Shown here piece by piece: positions 1 through 8,446 of a stretch of DNA of 64,000 bases. Origin of the DNA: Candidatus Micrarchaeaceae archaeon (lineage in GTDB: Archaea; Micrarchaeota; Micrarchaeia; Micrarchaeales; Micrarchaeaceae); contig JBEKES010000001.1 of the NCBI GenBank assembly GCA_050013715.1, forward strand, positions 8,889 to 72,888. The letters run 5' to 3'. How positions within the stretch are numbered: the first letter of the stretch is position 1; each line of letters starts with the position of its first letter. Below the pieces are notes generated by a model. That model was not told where the DNA came from. It worked only from the letters and a program-made list of their open reading frames with translations, and did not search any database. Position numbers and translations under genes: made by a program.

Positions 1-792
1 GTAGATGCTGCTGGAATGCTGGAGCATCTGCAGAAAGCAGTAAACGACATGGAAGGAAAGAGCAAGATAGAAAGAAGATTGATAGCTGTTAAGACGCTGC
101 TTTCAATGAACAAGTTCATAGACAAGAAAAAGCAGCCAAAGAGCGTAAACTTCATGAAGCTGCTTATGTCAGTGCTATTGAAGCACGATTTCGCATCAAT
201 GGGCACCTTCCAGATGAAGACATTATTCCTAGGAATGATGCACTTCCAGGACGAGTATACTTACGACATACACAGAGTAGAAAAGTGCGACATCCACTAT
301 GCAATGCCTGACGGAGAGGTACTTCCATTCTGTACATTTAACGTATTTCCAGAAGTGTACAGAGACAAAGTCCAGAAGCAATACAGCATACCAGCAAAGG
401 AATGGGAAAAGACACATGCAAACTGGGCCTACTCAAAGGACAAATACACAAGAAATGTAAAGGAATTAGAGGCAAGCGAACTTTACAAGAAAACTTACGG
501 CACAATGATTGATTACTTCGCATTGCCAGTAAACGGAGGAAAAGCAGTTAAGAATTTCTCAAATCCGGCACAGCCGGTAGCAGTAACTCCAAAGCAGGTT
601 GTTGAGCCGATAAAAGTGACAATAAACAATGCATCAGCCGCAACAAGCCACACCATAACGGCAAAACTTGAGGAAAAGGAAAGCAAGGAAAGTGAAACTT
701 CAGGTTCATGCGGTTGCGGAGGAGGAGGCTGCGGATGCGGAGCCAATGAGAAGGAAAGCTCATGCGGTTGCGGCGGAAGTTGCGATTGCTAA
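1..792 (+). CDS. Radical-SAM-family enzyme, C-terminal part (5' end outside the window), with a Cys/Gly-rich tail
   Basis: Frame 1 is open from base 1, with no stop before the listed Met at 16. The core CDIHYAMPDGEVLPFCTFNVFPEVYR resembles, from memory, the C-terminal domain of archaeal Tes/GDGT-MAS-type radical SAM proteins. The tail reads SGSCGCGGGGCGCGANEKESSCGCGGSCDC. Confidence 0.55.
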   Translation, partial: VDAAGMLEHLQKAVNDMEGKSKIERRLIAVKTLLSMNKFIDKKKQPKSVNFMKLLMSVLLKHDFASMGTFQMKTLFLGMMHFQDEYTYDIHRVEKCDIHYAMPDGEVLPFCTFNVFPEVYRDKVQKQYSIPAKEWEKTHANWAYSKDKYTRNVKELEASELYKKTYGTMIDYFALPVNGGKAVKNFSNPAQPVAVTPKQVVEPIKVTINNASAATSHTITAKLEEKESKESETSGSCGCGGGGCGCGANEKESSCGCGGSCDC

Positions 793-810
793 ATAAACAA
801 AAATGATAAA

Positions 811-1119
811 ATGGGGGCAACAGCCACAGCACCTAGTAGGGGAAAGAAGAATTTAGTAGAATATGATTTGAGCGAAGTTGCAGCAGTAACTTTCTATGAA
901 CCAACTGGTTTTAAAAAGGCCCTGGAAAGATTCTCAACAGATAAGAATCTTTATGGTGTTCCACATTTGATTGACGATATGAGAACAATCATAATGCCAA
1001 AGGAGGCAGTTCAGCATTTAGATGATTTGAAGTTTGTTGCAGGTAATATCGATTCGAGCGAATTTAATCGATGGCACATAGAAGGAGGAGGTGTCATTAT
1101 AACAATTAGAACAGCATAG
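811..1119 (+). CDS. Hypothetical protein (102 aa)
   Basis: ORF on the same strand, 18 nt after the upstream gene. No motif recognised. Confidence 0.4.
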   Translation: MGATATAPSRGKKNLVEYDLSEVAAVTFYEPTGFKKALERFSTDKNLYGVPHLIDDMRTIIMPKEAVQHLDDLKFVAGNIDSSEFNRWHIEGGGVIITIRTA

Positions 1120-1128
1120 GGTATTTTT

Positions 1129-1821
1129 ATGGACCATAGCAATGTTGATGTGAAAGTAAAACAAGAGGATAACGCCAATTCGGACTATGATGAATACATA
1201 ACCGAAGACGGCAAGAGGTACAGAGTTCCCTACAAGATAATAAAGGAGGTAACATTCACTGAACTCAGCAAGCAGGAACTGATAGACATACCTCATGCGG
1301 CAAGATTGCAGTATAGATTGATGCTTCTCGATCCGATAATAAAGGCAAGAGTGGATTACACAAAAGCAAAGATAACAATAATATTCAATCCAAGGGAAGC
1401 AGATAACATAAGGGAGAAGATGAGCTTTGACGAGGTAAAGGACTTCCTTGCAAAGCAGGGCATACATGTCGATGAAAAGAATACAAAACTGGAAGATTAC
1501 GATTACTACAAGAACTTCTATACCTATGCATACAATCCCCCTTCCATAAGGGAAAGGGCGCCCTATGCCTATACAAAAGAGGAATGGCAGAAGATGAAAC
1601 CGGCCTATGAGGAAAAGCTAAAGGAAGGTGAAAAGGCAAAGATAGAAAAGTTCAAGAAATTCCAGGAGGATTACCTTGCCGCAAATCCGGAAATGGCACC
1701 TAAGATAGTAGAGGGCTACAAGGCCCAACCGGTTGAGGTCAAGAAAGGAATGCTAGGTAATCTTTTCGCAAAGAAGAAAAAGCAGAGCAAGGAAAAGGGC
1801 TTCTGGTTCCACGGAGTGTAA
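1129..1821 (+). CDS. Hypothetical protein (230 aa) with a Lys/Glu-rich C-terminus
   Basis: ORF 9 nt after the previous gene. The central segment LLDPIIKARVDYTKAKITIIFNPREAD is reminiscent of an HMA/ferredoxin-like strand pattern but lacks CxxC. The C-terminus is charged (KKKKQSKEKG). Confidence 0.5.
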   Translation: MDHSNVDVKVKQEDNANSDYDEYITEDGKRYRVPYKIIKEVTFTELSKQELIDIPHAARLQYRLMLLDPIIKARVDYTKAKITIIFNPREADNIREKMSFDEVKDFLAKQGIHVDEKNTKLEDYDYYKNFYTYAYNPPSIRERAPYAYTKEEWQKMKPAYEEKLKEGEKAKIEKFKKFQEDYLAANPEMAPKIVEGYKAQPVEVKKGMLGNLFAKKKKQSKEKGFWFHGV

Positions 1822-1881
1822 GTGCTCTTTTTCCACAAGCTTCTTTAAATATTATTGAGAATATAGGGTTAATGTGAGTAT

Positions 1882-2562
1882 ATGCCGGAAATAGCAGTGC
1901 TTTTTGATGTTGAGAATACGCTCATAAAGGAGAAGAAGAATGTTTCCGATTACTATTTTGAAGCCATAAGGTTCGTTTATGGGCTTTCCATAGATGACAT
2001 AAACCTTGCCGATTATGAGGGTCTTACGGTGCAGGAAACGCTCATTGAAATACTGCAAAAACAAGGACTCAAAAAAGAGGAAATACTCGAAAAGCACGAG
2101 CAGTTTCTCGAGGAACTGCCCTATGCGCATTACAATGTGGCCGGGCATGACAGCGCGGTGCTTGTGGATGGGGCTAAAACAATACTTAACAATCTGAAGG
2201 ACAACAACAGGTATGTGATCGGAGCTGCGAGCGGCCAATTGGAAAGGATACTTTCAAACATGTTCGACAGGGTGAACATGAAGTATGATAATTATTTCAA
2301 ATTCGGAGCCTATGGCAATGTTAGCGAGAACATGTCAAAGATACTCGATTCCGCAATGGCAAAAGCCGGCAAGGAATATGGAATTGACAAGCACGGCATA
2401 TATTTTGTTAGCAATGTGAAGAATCATGTGCATGCTGCGCATGCGCTTGGCATACGTGCTGTTGGAGTGATAACAGATCCATTCTCTGAAAAGGACCTTA
2501 AGAACTTGGGAGTAATACACATCGCCAAGAATCTGAAGGACTGCGAGCGCTTCATCAAGTAG
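1882..2562 (+). CDS. HAD-superfamily hydrolase-like protein (degenerate motifs)
   Basis: N-terminal VLFDVENTLI matches HAD motif I with Glu in place of the second Asp. The length and alternating pattern are typical of PGP-like HAD proteins. A GTGAG SD-like sequence lies upstream. Confidence 0.55.
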   Translation: MPEIAVLFDVENTLIKEKKNVSDYYFEAIRFVYGLSIDDINLADYEGLTVQETLIEILQKQGLKKEEILEKHEQFLEELPYAHYNVAGHDSAVLVDGAKTILNNLKDNNRYVIGAASGQLERILSNMFDRVNMKYDNYFKFGAYGNVSENMSKILDSAMAKAGKEYGIDKHGIYFVSNVKNHVHAAHALGIRAVGVITDPFSEKDLKNLGVIHIAKNLKDCERFIK

Positions 2563-3345
2563 CTATTTGGTTGCCCTCATGTATATATATACTATCGACA
2601 GTATTATCACAATTGCAAGTAGCACATACATGAAAATGCCGAACGTTTTGTATATGGAATTGAAGAACGATTCAACTTCTGTCTGAAGTCCCTGCTTTAT
2701 AACGAAATCAAAGCTGAATTTCGACAATGGCTCTCCGTAAAGCCACGATACTTGAGTAATGTTCTTGTAATTGTTCTCAAAGGCAAATACTGGAAGGTCC
2801 GGCAATGGATATACGGAAGTTATGGTTGCGCCATTTGGAACTATAAATGTAAGAGTAGTATTGGAGGTGAGCACCTCGCCGCTCTGGCCGTGCTCGAAAT
2901 TGAATACCTTTGGATTGAACTTGTAGCTGAATACCCTTGGCGCTGTTTCATTGACCGTAGTGACGTTGTTGACGTTGTAGCTAAGTATTATATAAGCGAA
3001 GCTCTGCCCATTCTGCTTGAATATGGGTCCGGGCAGGAATTTGAAGTTGTATATGCTTGAGCCCGAATTGATTATGTGCTCAACCAGCAACGGGCCTATG
3101 GCCTTCTGCCAGGAGCTCAGACTCAGATTAAGCGCAAGCCTGTTGGTGGAGTATTGGCTTACTGATTGATTGCTTATTAGAACAGTAAGAACTTCAGTGA
3201 CCTGAGTGCTTGTATTCTGATTGAGATTAAGCGTAACGTTAAGATTTGTTACAGTATAGGATGCGTTGGCAACATGCAGAATAGGAATGAGTGAAAGAAG
3301 AGCAAATATTGCAATTATGCGGCTGAATTTTATCAATTGTTGCAC
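2563..3345 (-). CDS. Secreted or surface protein with an N-terminal signal/TM segment, a C-terminal TM anchor and many N-x-S/T sequons
   Basis: N-terminal IIAIFALLSLIPILHVANA and C-terminal FGIFMYVLLAIVIILSIVYIY. At least 8 N-x-S/T sequons (NAS, NVT, NTS, NQS, NLS, NVT, NET, NTT, NIT). Confidence 0.6.
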   Translation of the reverse strand: MQQLIKFSRIIAIFALLSLIPILHVANASYTVTNLNVTLNLNQNTSTQVTEVLTVLISNQSVSQYSTNRLALNLSLSSWQKAIGPLLVEHIINSGSSIYNFKFLPGPIFKQNGQSFAYIILSYNVNNVTTVNETAPRVFSYKFNPKVFNFEHGQSGEVLTSNTTLTFIVPNGATITSVYPLPDLPVFAFENNYKNITQVSWLYGEPLSKFSFDFVIKQGLQTEVESFFNSIYKTFGIFMYVLLAIVIILSIVYIYMRATK

Positions 3346-3420
3346 CTACCTAAAATCTCATTATATCTATAAATAATTAAGTGTTTTATCAAATTCCTAG
3401 CGTTGTTTAAGATCCATTAT

Positions 3421-3840
3421 TTACTTTGTAAATTCACTAAAATGTCTGACGAATTTAATTTCTTTGACTTTTGTAAGCAATTTCTGATCAGCAGTATAAA
3501 ATATTGCTTCAATATCCTCTGCGTATGCTATGAAAGTGGCATCATAAGCAGAAATATCATAATCTATTGAAATTTCAGCTATTTTATCAATTATTTTATC
3601 ACTTAATTCTGATATAAGAAACCCATAATCTCTTATTACTTCTAGAGCCTCAATTATTTCATGTTTTGTATAATTCTTGTATTTTAATGCGTTAATTAGT
3701 TCATATTTGACAAGATTTGGCATCAGTATATCTATTTTACCTTTAATGTGTTCATCTTTTAGCGCAATTGCTATGTCAGATCCATCTTCTTTCAGAAATA
3801 ATTTTGCTATTACGCTCGTATCAAGTACTATTTGGGCCAT
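3421..3840 (-). CDS. vapC: PIN-domain ribonuclease toxin (VapC-like)
   Basis: N-terminal IVLDTSVIAKLFLKE carries the first PIN acidic residue, and YDATFIAYAE and FYTADQKL follow later. It overlaps the upstream small gene by 20 nt, as is usual for TA pairs. Confidence 0.8.
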   Translation of the reverse strand: MAQIVLDTSVIAKLFLKEDGSDIAIALKDEHIKGKIDILMPNLVKYELINALKYKNYTKHEIIEALEVIRDYGFLISELSDKIIDKIAEISIDYDISAYDATFIAYAEDIEAIFYTADQKLLTKVKEIKFVRHFSEFTK

Positions 3841-4063
3841 ATCTTGAATCCCTCATTTTTCTTATTATTTCAGTGCTCTCAGTGCCTTTTGCACTTCTAA
3901 ATAATTTCGCCCTTAATTTTTCAGCTTTAGCAATATTTCTTTTATTACTGATTTCCTTTTGTATAAATTCCCTTATGGCTTCTGACCAATTAACTTTTAC
4001 ATTTCTCATCCTTCTTTTAGTATTTTTATCAATCTTTACAAGAATTGCCTCTTCATAGACCAT
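3821..4063 (-). CDS. VapB-like antitoxin (80 aa)
   Basis: Small basic ORF immediately upstream of, and overlapping, the PIN gene (AILVKIDKNTKRRMRNVKVNWSEAIREFI). Confidence 0.6.
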   Translation of the reverse strand: MVYEEAILVKIDKNTKRRMRNVKVNWSEAIREFIQKEISNKRNIAKAEKLRAKLFRSAKGTESTEIIRKMRDSRYGPNST

Positions 4064-4117
4064 AGAATCACGTATATACTATATATACCTTAGGTAATAA
4101 ATACCTTTCGTAAAGTA

Positions 4118-4363
4118 TTATTTCAGATTGAAGGCATTTGCTAATGCATGCAATATGCTATTTATGAAGTTCTGAATCGCAACAATGAGATTGTTAATGC
4201 TTTTAGTGCTGGTACCGAACTTGCTTGAGTTTACAGTATAGTTGATGGTGCCGCTGGCATTTATTGTGCTGGAGGAATTGGCAGCATGGGCATTACCCGC
4301 AGCTAAAATGAAAAGGACAAAAATAGCAATTAACGAAAAAATAAGAAAGTATCTTGCAACCAT
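4118..4363 (-). CDS. Small secreted protein (81 aa)
   Basis: N-terminal hydrophobic signal YFLIFSLIAIFVLFILAAGNAHA, followed by a Ser/Thr/Asn-rich mature part. Confidence 0.4.
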   Translation of the reverse strand: MVARYFLIFSLIAIFVLFILAAGNAHAANSSSTINASGTINYTVNSSKFGTSTKSINNLIVAIQNFINSILHALANAFNLK

Positions 4364-4427
4364 TCAATCATCCAATACGTATTTGAATTGGTAATTATTT
4401 ATAGTTATCGAGATTTGATGATGCAAC

Positions 4428-4694
4428 ATGCTGGCCCATATGAAATGCAATAACTGCAGCAAGGAATTCGATTACTCGTTTTTTCCTCTTGTGTCCATAA
4501 CTTCCATAAGATTGGGCTCGAGCAGGTACTTCAAATGCCCGTTTTGCAAAAAAACCCAGACCTTTGACTTGAAAGACCGCATTGAGGAGAGGCACCCTTC
4601 AGAAATGCTTGTAAATGATAGGATACCCACGTTCTTGTTCATATTTACACTCGTTGCCCTATTTGCCATAATAATTGCTTTGGTGCTGCTGTAA
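4428..4694 (+). CDS. Zinc-ribbon protein with a C-terminal TM helix (88 aa)
   Basis: CNNC and CPFC pairs, followed by IPTFLFIFTLVALFAIIIALVLL. The start could instead be the Met at 4440. Confidence 0.45.
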   Translation: MLAHMKCNNCSKEFDYSFFPLVSITSIRLGSSRYFKCPFCKKTQTFDLKDRIEERHPSEMLVNDRIPTFLFIFTLVALFAIIIALVLL

Positions 4695-4774
4695 CTGGCA
4701 AAATAGGCAGCAACTGCCTCAATTCGCTGAATTGCGGAACTGTGCCCATATAGTTAAATACTTTCTCTCTATAA

Positions 4775-5215
4775 ATGTTGATAAGTGATTACATGATAAC
4801 AGGCTTCTCCATACTAAACGTAGAAGGCAAGATAGACTCTTCGGAAGTGCTAGCAAAGCAAAGGTTCCCAAGACTGAACATAAACATAGACAAGGTAACT
4901 GCCGAAGGCAGCAAACTAAACGTAGAATATTCCTTCCAGGCTGATTACAACGAAAGCGATGCAAAGGATGCAAAGGCGGTTGGATTCATCAAGCTAACAG
5001 GAAACGTCGAAGTTACAGAATCCAAGGAAGAAATATCAAGCATTGTAAAGAAATGGGACAAGGAGCACATGCTTCCAGTACAGCTTGCTGAAGAGATAAT
5101 TAACGGTTTGAATTTCAGGTGCAGCGCCACAGGAACGCTTGTTGCGTATTCATTGGGGCTTATTCCTCCACTAGTGATAAGCACAACAAAGATACAAGAG
5201 CAGCCCAAGAATTAG
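4775..5215 (+). CDS. Hypothetical protein (146 aa)
   Basis: Clean ORF directly upstream of polB on the same strand. No motif recognised. Confidence 0.5.
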   Translation: MLISDYMITGFSILNVEGKIDSSEVLAKQRFPRLNINIDKVTAEGSKLNVEYSFQADYNESDAKDAKAVGFIKLTGNVEVTESKEEISSIVKKWDKEHMLPVQLAEEIINGLNFRCSATGTLVAYSLGLIPPLVISTTKIQEQPKN

Positions 5216-5274
5216 TTAGCTAATTCCGGCGCTTATTTTAGTCTTTGATGCACATAGCTTATGCTGTTTAATCG

Positions 5275-7722
5275 ATGAGAAGCATGGAGACTAAAGTCAA
5301 TGAAAAGATAATACACGGATCTATGCTTGAAGTCGATTACCTAAACAAGAATGAAGACTCAATCATAAGACTGACAGTAGCTGCAAAGGACGGCAAAAGA
5401 TACGAGATATTCGATGAATCCTTCAAACCCTATTTTTATCTCATAGCATCGAAGAACATGGAAAAAGAATTCATAGAAAACATATCAACAGTGGACAATG
5501 GGAAAGTGATAAAGGCAAGGGAAATCGTTGAAATTGAAAGGTCATTGTACGGAAAAAGCACAAAGGGATTCAAGGTAATAGTAAGCAACACCTCAAGCGT
5601 GCCGAAGCTGAGCTCGGCATTGGGGCAATACGGCACCTGCTACGAATATGACATACCATTCGCAAAAAGATACTCAGTTGATAAGCAGATTGTTCCGTTG
5701 GTAAATTACAGGATTGATGTTGAAGACAGGAACGGCATTCTTTTCCTGAAAGGCTTTGAAAAATCAGATGAGTCATTCTCCGAATTAAGAGTCATGGGTT
5801 TTGATATTGAGACCTATAACCCGTTAGGCGTTCCAAGATCCGATAAAGACCCGATAATAATGATAAGCTACCTTTACACAAACGGTTCTGAATTAAAAAA
5901 AGGTGTCATTACCTTCAAGAAGATAGATCTGCCGTTTGTAGAAGTTGCTAAGAACGAAAAGGACATGATAAAGAAATTCATTGAAAAGATAAACGAATTA
6001 GACGTTGACGTAATAATAGGATACAACTCAGCTAATTTTGACATAAGATATTTGATAGAACGTGCCCGTGCCATAAAAGTAGATTTCAACATAAGCAGAT
6101 ACGAAGGAGACACAAAAATAGAAAGCCACGGGTTAGTTGACAAGGTAAAGATAGCAGGGCGAGTTCACGTTGACATGTATGTTGTTATAAAGTTCATAGC
6201 AACAGTAGGTGCATCTGAAAGCATACTGAAGCTAAACAGCAAAACGCTGAAGAACGTATACGAGGCAATAACAAACGAGAAGAAGTTCGCAGTGGAAAAG
6301 ATGGACATCTTCAAATTATGGGACGGAACAGAGGAAGAATTGAAAACTCTTGCAACCTACAATCTTGCAGATGTAGAGGCACTGCAGAAAGTGTATGAAA
6401 CATTCATACCCATTATGATTGAACTGACACGAGTGACATACAACGTGCTCAGCGACGTTTCGGTTTCAACAACAGGACAGCTTGTTGAATTTATGCTGAT
6501 GCACAACGCAGTAAAATTCAATGAGATAATACCAAACAAGCCATCCGACTTCGAAATGAAGGAGCGATTGACCAATCCGATTGAAGGCGCATATGTAAAA
6601 ACCCCTGAGCCTGGAATCTACAGCAATTTGGTAATGTTTGACTTCAGGGGATTGTATCCTTCGATAATTATTTCCTACAACATAGACCCTTCATCGATAT
6701 GCAGGGATTGCACGGAATATTATGAAACACCTGATGGAACAAGATTCGATAAAAACAGGAAGAGCATAATACCTACAATACTCAAGGAACTGATACAAAG
6801 AAGAGCTGAAGTAAAAAAAGCTTACAAGAAGAATCCGGATGACATGTTCCTAGGAGCAAGGCAGCTTGCTTTGAAGATAGTGTCGAATTCGTTCTACGGT
6901 TATCTAGGCTATGCAAGATCAAGATGGTATTCAAGAGTCTGCGCTGGTGGAGTAACCGCACTGGGAAGGCAATACATACAGGAAAGCATAGAAAAGGCAG
7001 AAAAATTCGGGCTTAAGGCGATATACGGTGACACAGATTCCATTGTTGCGTTGGTTGGAGACAAGACAAAGGATGAAATACTTGCATTTCTCAAGGATTT
7101 CAATACAAAGTTACCTGAATCCATGGAACTGGAACTGGAAGATTTCTATAAGAATGGAGTATTCGTAGGAAAGAAGAACGACAAGGAAAGCTCTGGTGCA
7201 AAGAAGAAATATGCATTGATATCGGAATCGGGAAGAATAAAGATAAGAGGATTCGAACTTGTAAGAAGAGATTGGTCGAAGATAGCAAGAGACACACAGA
7301 GGCTCGTTCTTGAAACAATTCTAAAAGAAGGAGATCCACAAAAGGCTGCTGACATAGTAAGAGATGCAGTAAAAAGGCTCAAGAGCGGAACCATGCCACT
7401 TAGCGAGCTTGCGATAAGCACGCAACTGAGAAAAAGCATAGATGGATATGACGTAAAGTCACCAGAAGTAGGAGCTGCAAAGAAGGCAGTAAAAGATGGA
7501 CTCAAGACAAGAGAAGAATTAGAAGGCGCAGTAATATCGTTTGTGATAACAAAGCATGGAAGCACAATATCAGACAGAGCAACACTCGAAGAGTTTGCAA
7601 CAGATTATGATGCAGATTACTACATAAATCATCAGGTGATACCGGCAACAATGAGAATATTGAAAGAACTTAATTTCGATGAAGATGACCTAAAAGGGTT
7701 AGGCACCCAGAAGAAATTATGA
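5275..7722 (+). CDS. polB: Family B DNA polymerase
   Basis: Exo I FDIETY, Exo II YNSANFDIRYL and Exo III YNLADVEAL. Pol motifs are DFRGLYPSIII, KIVSNSFYGYLG and IYGDTDS. Confidence 0.95.
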   Translation: MRSMETKVNEKIIHGSMLEVDYLNKNEDSIIRLTVAAKDGKRYEIFDESFKPYFYLIASKNMEKEFIENISTVDNGKVIKAREIVEIERSLYGKSTKGFKVIVSNTSSVPKLSSALGQYGTCYEYDIPFAKRYSVDKQIVPLVNYRIDVEDRNGILFLKGFEKSDESFSELRVMGFDIETYNPLGVPRSDKDPIIMISYLYTNGSELKKGVITFKKIDLPFVEVAKNEKDMIKKFIEKINELDVDVIIGYNSANFDIRYLIERARAIKVDFNISRYEGDTKIESHGLVDKVKIAGRVHVDMYVVIKFIATVGASESILKLNSKTLKNVYEAITNEKKFAVEKMDIFKLWDGTEEELKTLATYNLADVEALQKVYETFIPIMIELTRVTYNVLSDVSVSTTGQLVEFMLMHNAVKFNEIIPNKPSDFEMKERLTNPIEGAYVKTPEPGIYSNLVMFDFRGLYPSIIISYNIDPSSICRDCTEYYETPDGTRFDKNRKSIIPTILKELIQRRAEVKKAYKKNPDDMFLGARQLALKIVSNSFYGYLGYARSRWYSRVCAGGVTALGRQYIQESIEKAEKFGLKAIYGDTDSIVALVGDKTKDEILAFLKDFNTKLPESMELELEDFYKNGVFVGKKNDKESSGAKKKYALISESGRIKIRGFELVRRDWSKIARDTQRLVLETILKEGDPQKAADIVRDAVKRLKSGTMPLSELAISTQLRKSIDGYDVKSPEVGAAKKAVKDGLKTREELEGAVISFVITKHGSTISDRATLEEFATDYDADYYINHQVIPATMRILKELNFDEDDLKGLGTQKKL

Positions 7723-7783
7723 CTAGTTTCCTTGGAAAGATATCTATAAATATTTGAATAAACAGATAAAATTGAGTGATTAG

Positions 7784-8371
7784 ATGAGTGAAACATCAGC
7801 ATTTAAAAAAGGTAGTGCAGTTGCTCCTTTACTTAAAGGAATTAATTCAGGCATATCTTTGCCTTTAATTAGACATACGAGAGACGAAAAAGAAAGTGAC
7901 TATTTTTTTGTAGTACAGTCGAATAAAATCATATCAGTTTCAATATTTGATGGTGTTCTTAATCATCCACAATATTCATTTAGTGAAGGGTTTGAAATTG
8001 CTGCGCCATTTACATTATACGCAACTAAACTTGCTGATGACAAATTCGGATATTTATATTCAGATAAGAATGGTTTGATAGTGACTCAAGATTTTATTGC
8101 TTCAGTTACAACCCATATGGCTTTTATAATTACTGATTTAGAAACACGTGGAACTATGAATTGTAAATTAAATGGTAACAGGTTATCTGTATGCAGCGGT
8201 TCTGATCCTCTTTTTAGTTTAATACAGAAAGAACCAGGTCGTGCTTATGTTGAAAGTGTAGTAGATAGTAGAAAAGAGTATGAATATATTGGCGCTCTTG
8301 GTATATTATCATCAAGCGCAAGTCCATGTGTTTTTGTTTCGTCGGATTCACATGAAATACTTAGATTATGA
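7784..8371 (+). CDS. Hypothetical protein (195 aa)
   Basis: ORF with GTGAT-N3-ATG (GTGAT at 7776-7780). No motif recognised. Confidence 0.5.
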   Translation: MSETSAFKKGSAVAPLLKGINSGISLPLIRHTRDEKESDYFFVVQSNKIISVSIFDGVLNHPQYSFSEGFEIAAPFTLYATKLADDKFGYLYSDKNGLIVTQDFIASVTTHMAFIITDLETRGTMNCKLNGNRLSVCSGSDPLFSLIQKEPGRAYVESVVDSRKEYEYIGALGILSSSASPCVFVSSDSHEILRL

Positions 8372-8446
8372 GAATTTAGTGATTATATAACCATAGAAAA
8401 ACCAGCAACATATGGAAACCTGAGTCCTCTAACTGCAATATCACCT

